From the NCBI GenBank assembly GCA_963665665.1, contig OY762428.1, positions 896,001 to 960,000 of the forward strand: 64,000 nucleotides of DNA. Reading direction: 5' to 3'. The stretch's first letter is position 1, and each line of letters starts with the position of its first letter. This document shows positions 31,191 to 42,408 of this stretch, one piece after another. The notes beneath the pieces are model-generated. The model ran no database searches and was not told where the DNA came from. It was given only the letters and a program-made list of their open reading frames with translations. The position numbers were made by a program, and so were the translations under genes. This DNA comes from Candidatus Kapaibacterium sp. Lineage in GTDB: Bacteria > Bacteroidota > Ignavibacteria > Kapaibacteriales > UBA2268.

Positions 31191-32606
31191 ATGAATAAGA
31201 ACGGAATAAAAGCATCTGACTTTATTAATGAGGACAGAATACAGGAATTGATAGCAAAATCAGTCAGCCCCGATAAAAAAAGAGTTGATGACATTTTGCA
31301 AAAAGCCATGGAACTAAAAGGGCTTGAAAAAGATGAAATTGCAGCATTGCTAAATATCGAGAATGAAGATCAGCTTCATAAATTGTTCGATACAGCGCTG
31401 AATATCAAAGAAGAAATATATGGTAACAGGCTTGTGCTGTTTGCTCCGCTATATATTTCAAACTACTGTTCGAATAATTGCCTTTACTGCGGCTTCAGGA
31501 TTGATAACGATAAAATTGAAAGAGTTTCACTTACCAAAGAAGAAATTGAAAATGAAACTCTCTCGATTCTGGAACAGGGCCATAAAAGGGTTCTCATGCT
31601 AATGGGGGAACATCATAAAGCTTGTACACTTGATGACTTTATTGAAGCTATAAATACTGTTTACAACGTTAAAGATTCAAAAGGTTCATCTATAAGAAGA
31701 ATAAATGTTGAAATTGCCCCTCTGACCTCCGAAGAATTTCAAAGGTTCAAAGATGTGAAAATCGGTACATATACAGTCTTCCAGGAAACATACCACAGGG
31801 AAACTTATAAATATATGCACCCTAAAGGCCCTAAGGCTGACTATGACTGGCGACTCGACACAATGGACAGAGCTTTGAAGAACGGGCTGCACGATGTGGG
31901 AATAGGCACATTATTCGGGCTGTATGATTACCGATTTGAAGTGCTGGCAATGATCGAACACGCAGAGCATCTTGACAGGGAATTTAATGTCGGGCCGCAT
32001 ACCATTTCTATTCCCAGGATAAAACCGGCAGCGGATGCTCCTATCTCTCAGCATATTCCACACCAGGTTTCGGACAGAAATTTCAAGAAGCTGATAGCTG
32101 TGTTAAGGTGTGCTGTTCCATATACCGGTATGATACTTTCAACAAGGGAAACTGCCGAATTACGCTCTGAAATTCTTGACCTCGGAGTATCACAGATAAG
32201 CGCCGGATCTAAAACAAACCCCGGAGGCTACAAACAGGCTCTGCACCTGGATATGGAAGCCGGTCAGTTCAGCCTGAACGACTGCCGTACATCCGGGCAG
32301 GTAATCCATGATGTTATTCAGCAGGGATTTGTTCCTTCATTCTGTACTGCTTGCTACAGGCTTGGCAGGATTGGAGAGGATTTTATGGACCTTGCAAAAC
32401 CGGGCCTGATAAAACTGAACTGCCTGCCTAACGGATTAACAACACTGAAGGAATACTTAGTTGATTATGCAGATGAAGAAACAAAAAAACTTGGTAACGA
32501 GCTGATTGAAAAAGAACTCGAAAATATTCCTTCTGAAACCAGGAAAAAGAAAACCAAAGAATATCTCGGAAAGATCGAGAACGGTGAAAGAGACCTTTAT
32601 TTCTAA
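31191..32606 (+). CDS. hydG: [FeFe]-hydrogenase H-cluster radical SAM maturase HydG
   Basis: NYCSNNCLYCG, FQETYH, VGPHTIS, and a C-terminal Cx2Cx22C motif (CTAC...NC) that distinguishes HydG from ThiH. Confidence 0.92.
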   Translation: MNKNGIKASDFINEDRIQELIAKSVSPDKKRVDDILQKAMELKGLEKDEIAALLNIENEDQLHKLFDTALNIKEEIYGNRLVLFAPLYISNYCSNNCLYCGFRIDNDKIERVSLTKEEIENETLSILEQGHKRVLMLMGEHHKACTLDDFIEAINTVYNVKDSKGSSIRRINVEIAPLTSEEFQRFKDVKIGTYTVFQETYHRETYKYMHPKGPKADYDWRLDTMDRALKNGLHDVGIGTLFGLYDYRFEVLAMIEHAEHLDREFNVGPHTISIPRIKPAADAPISQHIPHQVSDRNFKKLIAVLRCAVPYTGMILSTRETAELRSEILDLGVSQISAGSKTNPGGYKQALHLDMEAGQFSLNDCRTSGQVIHDVIQQGFVPSFCTACYRLGRIGEDFMDLAKPGLIKLNCLPNGLTTLKEYLVDYADEETKKLGNELIEKELENIPSETRKKKTKEYLGKIENGERDLYF

Positions 32607-32621
32607 AATTTAAAAAACTTT

Positions 32622-33719
32622 ATGACTATAGACAAAATCCTTGAAAAGGATAAATTTACAAAAGAAGATATTATTTCCATGCTTTCGGCTGATGATGCGG
32701 AAAGCATGGAAAAACTTCGGATAGCAGCCCACAATGTATTGATAAAATATTCAGGCCATTCAATTAATCTCCGAGGCCTTGTTGAATTTTCTAATTATTG
32801 CACCTGTGATTGCAATTATTGCGGAATAAGGAAAAGCAATACTCATATAAAGAGATATAAGCTTTCCAGGGATGAAGTTGTTGAAATGGCTAAACTCGCA
32901 GTAAAAAAAGGTTTTGGCTCTTTTGTACTTCAATCGGGTGATCGCTCGGATCCTGAATTTATTAATTATACTATTGACCTGCTGAAAGCCGTAAAAGAAG
33001 TATCAAAATCTGAACTACTGCCCGAAGGCCTCGGTATCACTCTTTGTATCGGCGAACAGACTCTTGACATATATAAAAGAATTTTCGAAGCAGGTGCACA
33101 TAGATATTTACTAAGGATTGAAACAACCAACAGAAAATTATTCTCACAAATTCACCCGGACTACCAGGATTTCGACAGCAGGATGAAATGCCTTGAGTAC
33201 CTGGACCAAGCCGGATACCAGGTTGGAACCGGAGTAATGATAGGCCTTCCGGGCCAGACAATAGAAGACCTTGCAAATGATATACTCTTTTTCAAATCCA
33301 GAGATATTGATATGATTGGCATGGGGCCGTATATAGTTCAGAACGATACTCCCATGGCCAGATTCAGGAACGAATGGGAAAAACAGAAATATTCCATTTA
33401 CCAGCTATCACTCAGGATGATTGCCGCAACAAGATTAGTCCTGAAAGATGTTAATATCGCATCTACCACGGCACTGGAAACAATACACCCAAGTGGCAAG
33501 AAAAACGGGCTTGCTTATGGCGGAAATGTGATAATGCCTCTGCTTACTCCGGAATCCATAAGAAAAGAATACAACCTTTACGACCAGAAACCGGTTAACG
33601 ACCCCTATGCCTGGCAGCTTGACCTTGACACCATGGATATCGGATATGGTATAACCAGGCCTATATCTAAAAACCAGTGGGGAGACGCAAAACATTTTGC
33701 AGCAAGGAAAGCTAAATAG
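32622..33719 (+). CDS. hydE: [FeFe]-hydrogenase radical SAM maturase HydE
   Basis: RGLVEFSNYCTCDCNYCGIR, RYLLRIET, MIGMGPYI, ASTTAL, YNLY. Confidence 0.88.
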   Translation: MTIDKILEKDKFTKEDIISMLSADDAESMEKLRIAAHNVLIKYSGHSINLRGLVEFSNYCTCDCNYCGIRKSNTHIKRYKLSRDEVVEMAKLAVKKGFGSFVLQSGDRSDPEFINYTIDLLKAVKEVSKSELLPEGLGITLCIGEQTLDIYKRIFEAGAHRYLLRIETTNRKLFSQIHPDYQDFDSRMKCLEYLDQAGYQVGTGVMIGLPGQTIEDLANDILFFKSRDIDMIGMGPYIVQNDTPMARFRNEWEKQKYSIYQLSLRMIAATRLVLKDVNIASTTALETIHPSGKKNGLAYGGNVIMPLLTPESIRKEYNLYDQKPVNDPYAWQLDLDTMDIGYGITRPISKNQWGDAKHFAARKAK

Positions 33720-34058
33720 CAGTTGTAATCCGGGCGAACAACAGCAAAAAACTCCTGAGCTGGAAATTTTTCCATGTACATTATATCATAATCCTGTTAT
33801 TGGCAGGCATCTCAGTAATTTCATACCTCGTCCGGTAGAAATTCCGTACAAAAATATTATTACCATTGCCGGGCATAGCAAACTTCAATATTTATAAACC
33901 AAATATTTACACGGCCAAATCGAATTCCGGAACTTCCTGATCAAAAAATCAATTGATAAAATGGTTCGACAGGACTAATAGATCGAAAATCTATATCAAA
34001 AAAGTGAAATTCGGTGTTTTCTGAGTAAAATTTTACCTGAAAAAGTGTCTCGGAAAGG

Positions 34059-34283
34059 ATGGGGGAACGCTCGGCAGACATGAGGGAACGCTCGGCAGAC
34101 ATGAGGGAACGCTCGGCGAGCATTAGGGAACACTCGGCAGGCATGGGGGAACGCTCGGCAGACATGGGGGAACACTCGGCAGACATGAGGGAACTCTCGG
34201 CAGGCATGGGAGAACGCTCGGCAGGCATGGGGGAACGCTCGGCAGGCATGGGGGAACGCTCGGCAGACATGAGGGAACGCTCG
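34059..34283. repeat. 21-bp tandem repeat, 10 full units plus 15 bp (consensus ATGRGGGAACGCTCGGCAGRC)
   Basis: Units counted directly, e.g. 34059-34079 and 34080-34100; no spacers between units. Confidence 0.97.
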
Positions 34284-34947
34284 TATAACACAAAACTATG
34301 GTTTTCCGGTTTAGAAAACTGTTACAAAAAAACGTATAAGCAGTATTAAGACCCATAATATCATACAATTACATCAATGGCAACCTATTCAGCTAAATTC
34401 CTAAATAAAGATGATCCGTAACGCCGAAATAATAATATAACCGGGCACTGGTTTATCAGAATTTAATTAATGAAAGCCCCGGGAAAACATATAATGCTCC
34501 CGCAGGGGGAGTATGGCAATTGAAAATTTTCCTGCCTGCCGCCTTTGTCAAAAATTGATTTCTTCCCCATGCTTGATAAAAGATAACTACCTTTCAGCGA
34601 AGTAGCATTTTTCTATTAATTTTAAAAACATCTTACATATTTTTCTTTTTATGCTGAGTTGTAACAATAAAACTGATTTAAAAAAAAGTCAACAGATAAA
34701 AAAAAGCATACGCCCGAATTATCATTACGCAATGGAATTAGCCCGAAATTAAGTTATAAGGAGCCTAGTACATTTCAAAATTAATATTCTCGCTGCAATG
34801 ATTTTAATTTTTTCTAAAATTAATGAATAGTATACAACAAAACATTTTTTTAACGTCATTAACTGTAGTTTTTGAATTCTGTAACGGGGAATAGAAGAAA
34901 CCCTTTAAAAATGATAATAAATTTGTATCACAATAATTGTTAGAAAA

Positions 34948-35934
34948 ATGATTGATTTAACCACAAAGTACATGGGCCTTACGCTCAGAAACCCGATAAT
35001 TGTGGGTTCATCCGGTTTAAGCGAAACACTTGACGGCCTGAAAGACCTTGAAAAGCACGGAGCAGGTGCTGTAGTATTGAAGTCACTTTTTGAAGAAGAA
35101 ATTATTCTTGAAATGCAGCAGGCAGCTGCACAAATGAATGCTCCCGGGAATATTTACCCTGAAATGAACGATTTCTTTGACCTTGATACTGTCGAGGACA
35201 GCGTTAGTAAATATCTTCGATTGATTGAAGATGCCAAGAAAGAACTTTCTATTCCTGTTATTGCAAGTGTAAACTGTGTCAGCTCCCACGAGTGGCCTGT
35301 TTTTGCAAAAAGAATTGAAAAAGCAGGCGCCGATGCACTTGAGCTAAACGTATTCCTTCTTCCTTCTGATTTTGAACACACCAGCGAGGAAAATGAAAAA
35401 GTTTATTTCGAAGTTATTGATAAGGTGAAAAAGGAAATTTCCATACCTGTTTCACTGAAAATCAGCTATTTCTTCTCCAATCTTGGTTCGATGATCAAGA
35501 GATTATCCGAAACAAATGTTGATGCACTCGTGATGTTCAACAGGTCGTATAATCCGGATTTCAATATTGATAACTTCTCGATTACATCAACCAACGTTTT
35601 AAGTACCCCGGGTTCACTGTCAACTTCACTCAGGTGGATTGCTATTATGAGCCAGCGCGTAAGCTGCGACCTTGCAGCTTCAACAGGCGTACATAGCGGC
35701 AGGGCTGTTATCAAGCAGATACTTGCCGGTGCACAGGCAGTGCAGGTTGTATCAGCGCTTTACAGGCACGGCAACCATAAGCTGAGCGCCATACTTGACG
35801 AAATGGTAGAATGGATGAAGGAAAAAGGCTACGACAGCCCGGATGAATTCCGCGGACGTATGAGCCAGGCACGCAGCGGCAACCCCGCCGCCTACGAGCG
35901 CGTTCAATTTATGAAGTATTTCTCCGGAAAATAG
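34948..35934 (+). CDS. Dihydroorotate dehydrogenase-like flavoprotein
   Basis: MIDLTTKYMGLTLRNPII, AVVLKSLFEE, LAASTGVH, ERVQFMK. It lacks the PyrD catalytic NxSCPN (has ELNVFLLP). Confidence 0.85.
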   Translation: MIDLTTKYMGLTLRNPIIVGSSGLSETLDGLKDLEKHGAGAVVLKSLFEEEIILEMQQAAAQMNAPGNIYPEMNDFFDLDTVEDSVSKYLRLIEDAKKELSIPVIASVNCVSSHEWPVFAKRIEKAGADALELNVFLLPSDFEHTSEENEKVYFEVIDKVKKEISIPVSLKISYFFSNLGSMIKRLSETNVDALVMFNRSYNPDFNIDNFSITSTNVLSTPGSLSTSLRWIAIMSQRVSCDLAASTGVHSGRAVIKQILAGAQAVQVVSALYRHGNHKLSAILDEMVEWMKEKGYDSPDEFRGRMSQARSGNPAAYERVQFMKYFSGK

Positions 35935-35954
35935 TAAGCTGTTAAGAATAATTT

Positions 35955-35990
35955 AACCTCCTGATTGCATTAGCCTTCAGGAGGTTTTTT
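35955..35990 (+). terminator. Intrinsic terminator
   Basis: aacctcctga...tcaggaggtttttt. Confidence 0.8.
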
Positions 35991-36224
35991 AATTGACAGA
36001 ATCAATATAGAATGTATAAAATCTGTAATCAGGAATACTATATCTGTTTTTTTACAAATCTTAAAAATTGATATTAATTCCAACTTGTAGCCGGATTTAA
36101 TGTAAGCAATAATTATATTGATCTATTTTTTTGAAAAAGTTAAAACCAATTTTATCCCTTAATCTTTCCCGAATTTTTCATAATTTTGAGGTTTGTTTTA
36201 TTCAACATAATTATAAAGATAATC

Positions 36225-38819
36225 ATGGCATCATATCCTTTCAACGAGATCGAGCCTGAATGGCAAAAGTACTGGGAAAAAAATGAAGTTTACAAAATAG
36301 AAGACGATTTCTCGAAACCCAAATATTTTATCCTTGATATGTTCCCCTACCCGAGCGGGGCAGGACTGCATATAGGCCATCCTGAAGGGTACACGGCAAC
36401 CGACATTGTTGCGCGATATAAAAAAATGAAAGGATTTAACGTTCTCCACCCAATGGGTTTTGATGCTTTCGGGTTGCCAACGGAACGTTACTGCATGACA
36501 AAAAAAATTCACCCAAACGAGGCTACTGAGATAAACATCGGCGTATTTAAGTATCAGCTTAAAAGCCTTGGCCTGGGTTACGACTGGAACAGGGAAATTA
36601 ATACTACCGACCCCGAATACTACAGATGGACACAGTGGATGTTTCTGAAAATTTATAATTCCTGGTTCGATGAAGAGCAGCAGATTGCCCGCCCGATAGA
36701 AGAACTTCCTATTCCCGAACATCTTACCGACGAGAAGGAAATTCAGGATTACGTGGACGAATACAGGCTGGCATACATTGCTATGATACCTGTTAACTGG
36801 TGTGAAGAGCTGGGAACTGTTCTGGCAAACGAAGAAGTTGACGAGTGGCGCGAAAAAGGCTACACAGTGGAACGCCGCCCCATGCGTCAGTGGATGCTCC
36901 GCATAACTAAATATGCACAACGCCTTCTGGATGACCTTGACCTGGTGGAATGGCCGACTTCCACGATGGATATGCAGAAAAACTGGATTGGCAAAAGCAG
37001 CGGTGCAGAAGTAACATTCAAAGTAAAGAACAGCGACGAGGAAATACTTGTTTTCACCACCAGGCCCGATACTTTGTTCGGTGCAAGCTATGTTGTTCTT
37101 GCCCCGGAACATGAACTGGTTTCAAAAATTGTTGCTGACAACAAAAAAGAAGAAGTAGAAAAATATATTGCCACATCAGCATTGAAGAGCGATCTGGAAA
37201 GAACCGAACTCAGCAAGGAAAAAACTGGTATTTTTATCGGATCTTACGCTGTTAATCCCGTTAATGGTGAAGAGGTTCCAATCTGGATAGCCGATTATGT
37301 ATTGGCTCATTACGGAACCGGCGCTATTATGGCAGTTCCCGGACACGATTCGAGAGATCATGAATTTGCAACTGCGATGGATATGCCGATTAAAAAAGTA
37401 GTTGCTCCGGCTGACGGAAGCGAATGGGATATAAAAGCCGAAGCCATGACAGAATACGGTGTTGGCGTTAATTCCGATTACGGCGATCTGAATATTAACG
37501 GAATGCCCACGGCAGAAGCCAAGGAACACACAAATAAATGGCTTGAAGAAAAGGGAATCGGCAAGGCAAAAATTCAGTATAAACTCAGGGACTGGCTATT
37601 CTCGCGCCAGCGCTACTGGGGCGAACCGATGCCAATAATGTTCTTCGAGGACGGAACGCGCCGCGCCCTGAACGAGGATGAGCTACCACTGACTCTCCCG
37701 GATGTTATTGATTTCCACCCGGCAGGTACAGGCGAATCTCCATTGGCAAAAATTGATTCCTGGATAAATTTCACTGATCCCATGACAGGTAAAAAAGCAA
37801 GGTTTGAAACAAATACAATGCCGCAGTGGGCGGGCTCATGCTGGTATTACCTGCGCTATACTGACCCTCATAACCATGAGATTTTTGCTGATCCTGAAAA
37901 GGAAGAATACTGGATGAACGGTGGCGGAGTTGACCTTTACGTTGGTGGCGCCGAACACGCCGTACTCCACCTTCTTTATGCCCGTTTCTGGCACAAAGTT
38001 CTTTACGATTATGGCTACGTAAGCACGAAAGAGCCATTTAAAAAACTTTTCCATCAGGGGCTGATAATGGGCGAGGACGGACGTAAAATGAGTAAATCTC
38101 TCGGGAACGTCATCAACCCGGACGATGTGGTTGCTGAATTCGGAGCTGATTCTCTCAGGATATTTGAAATGTTCCTCGGGCCTCTGGAACAGTCAAAACC
38201 CTGGTCCAAAACAGGTATTGACGGCGTTAACCGCTTCCTTGCGCGCGTATGGAGAATGATCATTTCTGAAGATAAAACAGACGAAAACGGAAACAAAATA
38301 TATACTGCTATTGTTGATGATGTTGATATGACCGCCGAACAGGAATACATTCTCCACAGCACTATCAAAAAAGTAGGCGAGGACATTGAAAACCTGCGTT
38401 TCAATACCGCAGTATCACAGATGATGATATTCGTTAATGAATTTACAAAATCCAAAACCAAACCGCGCGAGGCGATGGAGAAATTCGTTCTTTGCCTCGC
38501 TCCGTTTGCTCCGCATATAGCAGAAACGCTTTGGATGGCATTAAAAGGCAAAACATCTTACGAATCTCCCGAAGAATCAGTTGTTTTCCGTGATTTCCCG
38601 GATTTCGATGAGGCTAAGACCAAGAAGCAGGAAATTGAATTTGTTGTCCAGGTATTAAGCAAGATCAGGGCAAAGATCAAAGTTCAGCCGGGCTTAGCAC
38701 AGGAAGAAATGGAAGAAATTGCCAAAAATGACGAAAAGGTTAAAAAGCATCTGGAAGGCAAGACAATTCGAAAAGTGATCTTTGTTCCAAATAAATTGAT
38801 CAATTTTATTGCAAATTAA
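36225..38819 (+). CDS. leuS: Leucyl-tRNA synthetase
   Basis: [25 protein letters not shown] editing domain. Start ATG 36225; TAATTTTG at 36181-36188. Confidence 0.98.
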   Translation: MASYPFNEIEPEWQKYWEKNEVYKIEDDFSKPKYFILDMFPYPSGAGLHIGHPEGYTATDIVARYKKMKGFNVLHPMGFDAFGLPTERYCMTKKIHPNEATEINIGVFKYQLKSLGLGYDWNREINTTDPEYYRWTQWMFLKIYNSWFDEEQQIARPIEELPIPEHLTDEKEIQDYVDEYRLAYIAMIPVNWCEELGTVLANEEVDEWREKGYTVERRPMRQWMLRITKYAQRLLDDLDLVEWPTSTMDMQKNWIGKSSGAEVTFKVKNSDEEILVFTTRPDTLFGASYVVLAPEHELVSKIVADNKKEEVEKYIATSALKSDLERTELSKEKTGIFIGSYAVNPVNGEEVPIWIADYVLAHYGTGAIMAVPGHDSRDHEFATAMDMPIKKVVAPADGSEWDIKAEAMTEYGVGVNSDYGDLNINGMPTAEAKEHTNKWLEEKGIGKAKIQYKLRDWLFSRQRYWGEPMPIMFFEDGTRRALNEDELPLTLPDVIDFHPAGTGESPLAKIDSWINFTDPMTGKKARFETNTMPQWAGSCWYYLRYTDPHNHEIFADPEKEEYWMNGGGVDLYVGGAEHAVLHLLYARFWHKVLYDYGYVSTKEPFKKLFHQGLIMGEDGRKMSKSLGNVINPDDVVAEFGADSLRIFEMFLGPLEQSKPWSKTGIDGVNRFLARVWRMIISEDKTDENGNKIYTAIVDDVDMTAEQEYILHSTIKKVGEDIENLRFNTAVSQMMIFVNEFTKSKTKPREAMEKFVLCLAPFAPHIAETLWMALKGKTSYESPEESVVFRDFPDFDEAKTKKQEIEFVVQVLSKIRAKIKVQPGLAQEEMEEIAKNDEKVKKHLEGKTIRKVIFVPNKLINFIAN

Positions 38820-38845
38820 AATTATTATAATGATAAAAAATGTTG

Positions 38846-38874
38846 AAGCCCGGTAAAAATTATCGGGCTTTTTT
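38846..38874 (+). terminator. Intrinsic terminator after leuS
   Basis: aagcccggtaa...ttatcgggctt followed by tttt. Confidence 0.8.
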
Positions 38875-39093
38875 CTTTGATAAATTTATAAAATATCATA
38901 TATTTATAAATAAGATCATTCAGTCAGGGAATAATAATTACGTTCAGGCAATAATTGAATAATAAGCACTAATATTTTGATATGGACTTATATTACTATC
39001 ATGCCGAATGTGTATGATAGCAGTAAGTTTCACCTTTTACACTTTTATAAGTTTTTTAAAGGCTAAAAATTAATTTTTTCAAAAGGGTTTATC

Positions 39094-40275
39094 ATGAAGA
39101 ACTATTTTACAACATTGATTTGCTTATTTGCTTTAACGTATTTCTCATCCGCACAATGGCAGGAATGCAACAACGGTTTGGGCAATTTAATGACAAGCAG
39201 CATTACTAGTAGCGGCAACAATCTTTTTGTCGGGTCTTTGGACGGGATTTTCTGCTCAACTGACATGGGAAATTCATGGACTCAGAAAAACAACGGCCTG
39301 AGCAATAAAATGGTTAACGCACTGGCAAGCCTGAACGGGACAATTTTCGCAGGTTGCTTTCAGGGCGGTGTTTACTGTTCAACAAATAATGGTGAATCCT
39401 GGAAAGCCAAAAATAACGGCCTTGGAACCCCGACAATTCTTACATTTTTCACCGTTGAAAACAGGATATATGCCGGAACCAACGGAAGCGGTATATATGT
39501 TTCTGATAATTACGGCGAATCCTGGACACAAAAGAATAACGGCCTGGAAAATCATGGTATCTGGTCGATTTACATGAAAGGCAGTACGCTCTTTATCGGT
39601 ACGGCTCTTGGAATTTATGTTTCCGATAATAACGGCGATAACTGGACAAATAAAAGTAACGGGATTGAAGATAAAGTAATCAGGGCTATTGTTGAGATTG
39701 AAGGGATTCTTTCTGCCGGAACAGACGGAGCCGGAGTTTATATTTCCACCGATAACGGTGAGAATTGGACTGAAAGCAATAACGGATTGGATAATAAAAT
39801 TGTCCTGTCGCAAGCAGTTTACGGCAACAATATATTTACGGGAACAAGTGGGGGCGGAGTTTACTTATCGGAAGACGAAGGTGATTCATGGAGCCAGGTA
39901 AATACAGGCTTGTCAAATCTGACAATAAAGGTTTTAATGATCGATGGTGATAATATTTATTGCTGTACATCAGGAGGAGGATTATTCAAAGCTAATGTCT
40001 CAGATTTTATTACCGGCGTTGAAAATAAGGAATTATCATCCGATATAAATATATTTCCAAATCCGGCAGATGATTTTATATCTATTCAAACACAAGAGAA
40101 TAATATCGGTTATGATTTGGAAATACTGGATTCCAGGGGACAATCGGTAATGATATTTAACAGCATTTCTATTTTATCAGATAAAATTGATATATCAATG
40201 CTTCCGGCAGGTTTTTATATCGTAAAAATATCATCTGAATCAAAAATTGAAACAGGGGATTTTATTAAATATTGA
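39094..40275 (+). CDS. T9SS-sorted beta-propeller protein with BNR/Asp-box repeats
   Basis: Signal peptide, repeated GxYxSxxxGxxWxxxNxGL units, C-terminal IFPNPA...LPAGFYIVKI. Confidence 0.88.
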   Translation: MKNYFTTLICLFALTYFSSAQWQECNNGLGNLMTSSITSSGNNLFVGSLDGIFCSTDMGNSWTQKNNGLSNKMVNALASLNGTIFAGCFQGGVYCSTNNGESWKAKNNGLGTPTILTFFTVENRIYAGTNGSGIYVSDNYGESWTQKNNGLENHGIWSIYMKGSTLFIGTALGIYVSDNNGDNWTNKSNGIEDKVIRAIVEIEGILSAGTDGAGVYISTDNGENWTESNNGLDNKIVLSQAVYGNNIFTGTSGGGVYLSEDEGDSWSQVNTGLSNLTIKVLMIDGDNIYCCTSGGGLFKANVSDFITGVENKELSSDINIFPNPADDFISIQTQENNIGYDLEILDSRGQSVMIFNSISILSDKIDISMLPAGFYIVKISSESKIETGDFIKY

Positions 40276-40530
40276 TATAATATTTCGAAAATTTTTATTC
40301 TGTTTGATGCATATTTCCCGCGAGGTAATAAATTCTTTTAGGCGGCATATTTCATAATTCATTTATCAATAGTTGAATTGAACTTCGATACAAATTACTC
40401 GCAAGCATAAAATAAAAGCCCATGCTTATCCGATATCAATAAATGGATAGCATTTTTTTCAATTAGTGAACGAAATTGCGTAAATTTGTTCTAACTGGAT
40501 TATTGTGAAATTTAATGAAACGCGTTACTC

Positions 40531-41832
40531 ATGATGAAAAGCCTAAAATTGTTGATTATCCCGGCATTATTGCTAACTTTCGTGGTATTCAAATCAAATG
40601 CCCAGGTGGAAGACGGGCAGACTATAGATAAAATTATCGCCATAGTCGGCGAGGAAATAGTAATGAAATCCGACCTTGACGGATCGCTTATGTTCCTTGC
40701 CTCGCAAAATCCCGGCATAGATATTAACGATCCTGAAGTCAGGAAAATGGTTCTGGACAACCTTATTAACGAAAAAATACTCGTTACTAAAGCTATTGAA
40801 GATTCTATTGAAGTTGCAGACGAGGAAGTCAATCAGCAGCTCGACTACCTGATACAGCTGAAAGTACAGCAGCTTGGATCTGAAAAACGCGTTGAAGATG
40901 TTTACGGAATTTCCATTAGCAGGCTGCGTTATGAATACCGCGAGGAAGTGAAAAAGCAAATACTAAGCGAGAAATTCCGACAGCAAATGTTGGGTGAGAT
41001 AACAACTACTCCTAAGGAAGTTGAAGAATTCTACCAGGAATATATTGACTCGCTCCCCATGATACCCGCTCAGGTGGAACTTTATCATATTGTTAAGAAT
41101 ATTGAAGCAGATAATACAGCTAAAAAAGATGTATTTAAACTTGCCCGTGCAGTCAGGGACAGCATAATAAACGGAGGGGATTTCGCGGAATTTGCAAAAC
41201 GCTACAGCAGCGACCCCGGAACTAAGGATGAAGGCGGCGACCTTGGTTGGGTAAGCAAAGGCAAATTCTATCCCGAATTTGAAAAAGCCGCATTCTCGCT
41301 TAATAAAGATGAAATTTCCATTCCTGTTGAAACACCTTTTGGCTTCCACATCATTCAGACTCTTGAAAAAAGAGAGGATGCAATGCACTCCAGGCATATA
41401 CTTTTCCGTGTAGGGCAATCCACAGAAGACAGGGACAAAGCAAAGAACGCTCTGCTCGACCTGAAAAAGCAGGTGGAAGAAGGCGCATCGTTCGAAAATT
41501 TAGCTAAAGAACATTCCGATGATAAGGACACAAAGGGGTTTGGCGGTTTCATCGGCAGGGTCAGGATGAACGAAATGCCGGCAAACTTCCGTGAAGCTAT
41601 CCAGGGGCTTGATGATGGCGGTGTTAGCGAACCTTTGCCCTACAATGGCGACCCAACCAAGCAGGCATACCATATTATCTGGAAGAAACAAGAGATACCT
41701 GCCCATAAGCCTTCGCTTAAAGAAGATTATAAGATAATTGAAAAAATGGCGCAGAACAGTAAGAAAACCAATGAATACCAGAAAAAGATGGATGAGCTGA
41801 GGAATGAAATTTATTGGGAAATAAAAGAGTAG
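40531..41832 (+). CDS. surA: SurA-like periplasmic peptidyl-prolyl isomerase
   Basis: IDKIIAIVG N-domain and two parvulin domains (FAEFAKRYSSD..GGDLGW; FENLAKEHSDD). TAAATTTG promoter at 40481-40488. Confidence 0.85.
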   Translation: MMKSLKLLIIPALLLTFVVFKSNAQVEDGQTIDKIIAIVGEEIVMKSDLDGSLMFLASQNPGIDINDPEVRKMVLDNLINEKILVTKAIEDSIEVADEEVNQQLDYLIQLKVQQLGSEKRVEDVYGISISRLRYEYREEVKKQILSEKFRQQMLGEITTTPKEVEEFYQEYIDSLPMIPAQVELYHIVKNIEADNTAKKDVFKLARAVRDSIINGGDFAEFAKRYSSDPGTKDEGGDLGWVSKGKFYPEFEKAAFSLNKDEISIPVETPFGFHIIQTLEKREDAMHSRHILFRVGQSTEDRDKAKNALLDLKKQVEEGASFENLAKEHSDDKDTKGFGGFIGRVRMNEMPANFREAIQGLDDGGVSEPLPYNGDPTKQAYHIIWKKQEIPAHKPSLKEDYKIIEKMAQNSKKTNEYQKKMDELRNEIYWEIKE

Positions 41833-41855
41833 CACTATTCTTAATAGTATAGAAC

Positions 41856-41893
41856 AATCCCCTCTATAGAATAATATAGCGGGGATTTTTTTT
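41856..41893 (+). terminator. Intrinsic terminator after surA-like gene
   Basis: aatcccctctata...tatagcggggatt followed by a T run. Confidence 0.8.
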
Positions 41894-41921
41894 GCTGTTA
41901 TTATTTTGGTAAAACTACAGG

Positions 41922-42381
41922 ATAGCAAACCTGCCATGCGCCGCTGATTCTCGGGTCATTCATGCGGAATTCAGTAGTCAGGCTGTTCCCTGCGCCCTTT
42001 ATCTTATCATCCTTTTCCATGCCGTTAAAGCCCCACCTGTTGCTGCCGCCAAAGAACCTGCCTTCCTCCATAAACCCATTGTCTGAACTATGATTTTTGG
42101 GATGGGCAGGATTAATAGGATAAGAAATCTGAACATCCTATAATCCTTCTTTATCCTATACATCCCAGTGCAGAAAATGGAAACAGTGGCGCGCACATTA
42201 CCGAGGTGGTCAGTTAAGTGATATTGCTTTTCGCCCACAATGCGGTAAAACTGGCTGCCCCGGTCATACTCCAGTGGCTCGTATGCCAGTTCTTCCTTCG
42301 GCTGGCGAATGGCAAACTTACCATGCGCCGCCGAGCCGTATATATCCCACTCGGAGAGGATGGGGTTTGTTTTCAAAGAAC
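41922..42381 (-). pseudogene. Cassette 8: RHS core stub without toxin or immunity
   Basis: boxA-like motif, stub with a 102-bp foreign segment (42078-42179), ends at RMNDPRI. Confidence 0.85.
42369..42381 (-). promoter_or_regulatory. boxA-like motif GTTCTTTGAAAAC (cassette 8)
   Basis: Exact 13-mer, 27 bp after the immunity stop. Function inferred. Confidence 0.65.
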
Positions 42382-42408
42382 TGGAGAAATATCTGCATTT
42401 AATAAAAA

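Noticed and set aside
31191-32606. ThiH instead of HydG
   Set aside because: The C-terminal Cx2Cx22C extension and adjacent hydE support HydG.
34059-34283. CRISPR array
   Set aside because: Units are head-to-tail with no unique spacers, and no cas genes are present.
34490-34612. GC-richer patch with small hairpins as an ncRNA
   Set aside because: No family motif recognised and no supporting covariation available.
38992-39026. Hairpin ttactatcat...atgatagcagtaa upstream of the T9SS propeller gene as a riboswitch
   Set aside because: A single stem with no recognisable aptamer consensus; an Rfam/Infernal search would be needed.
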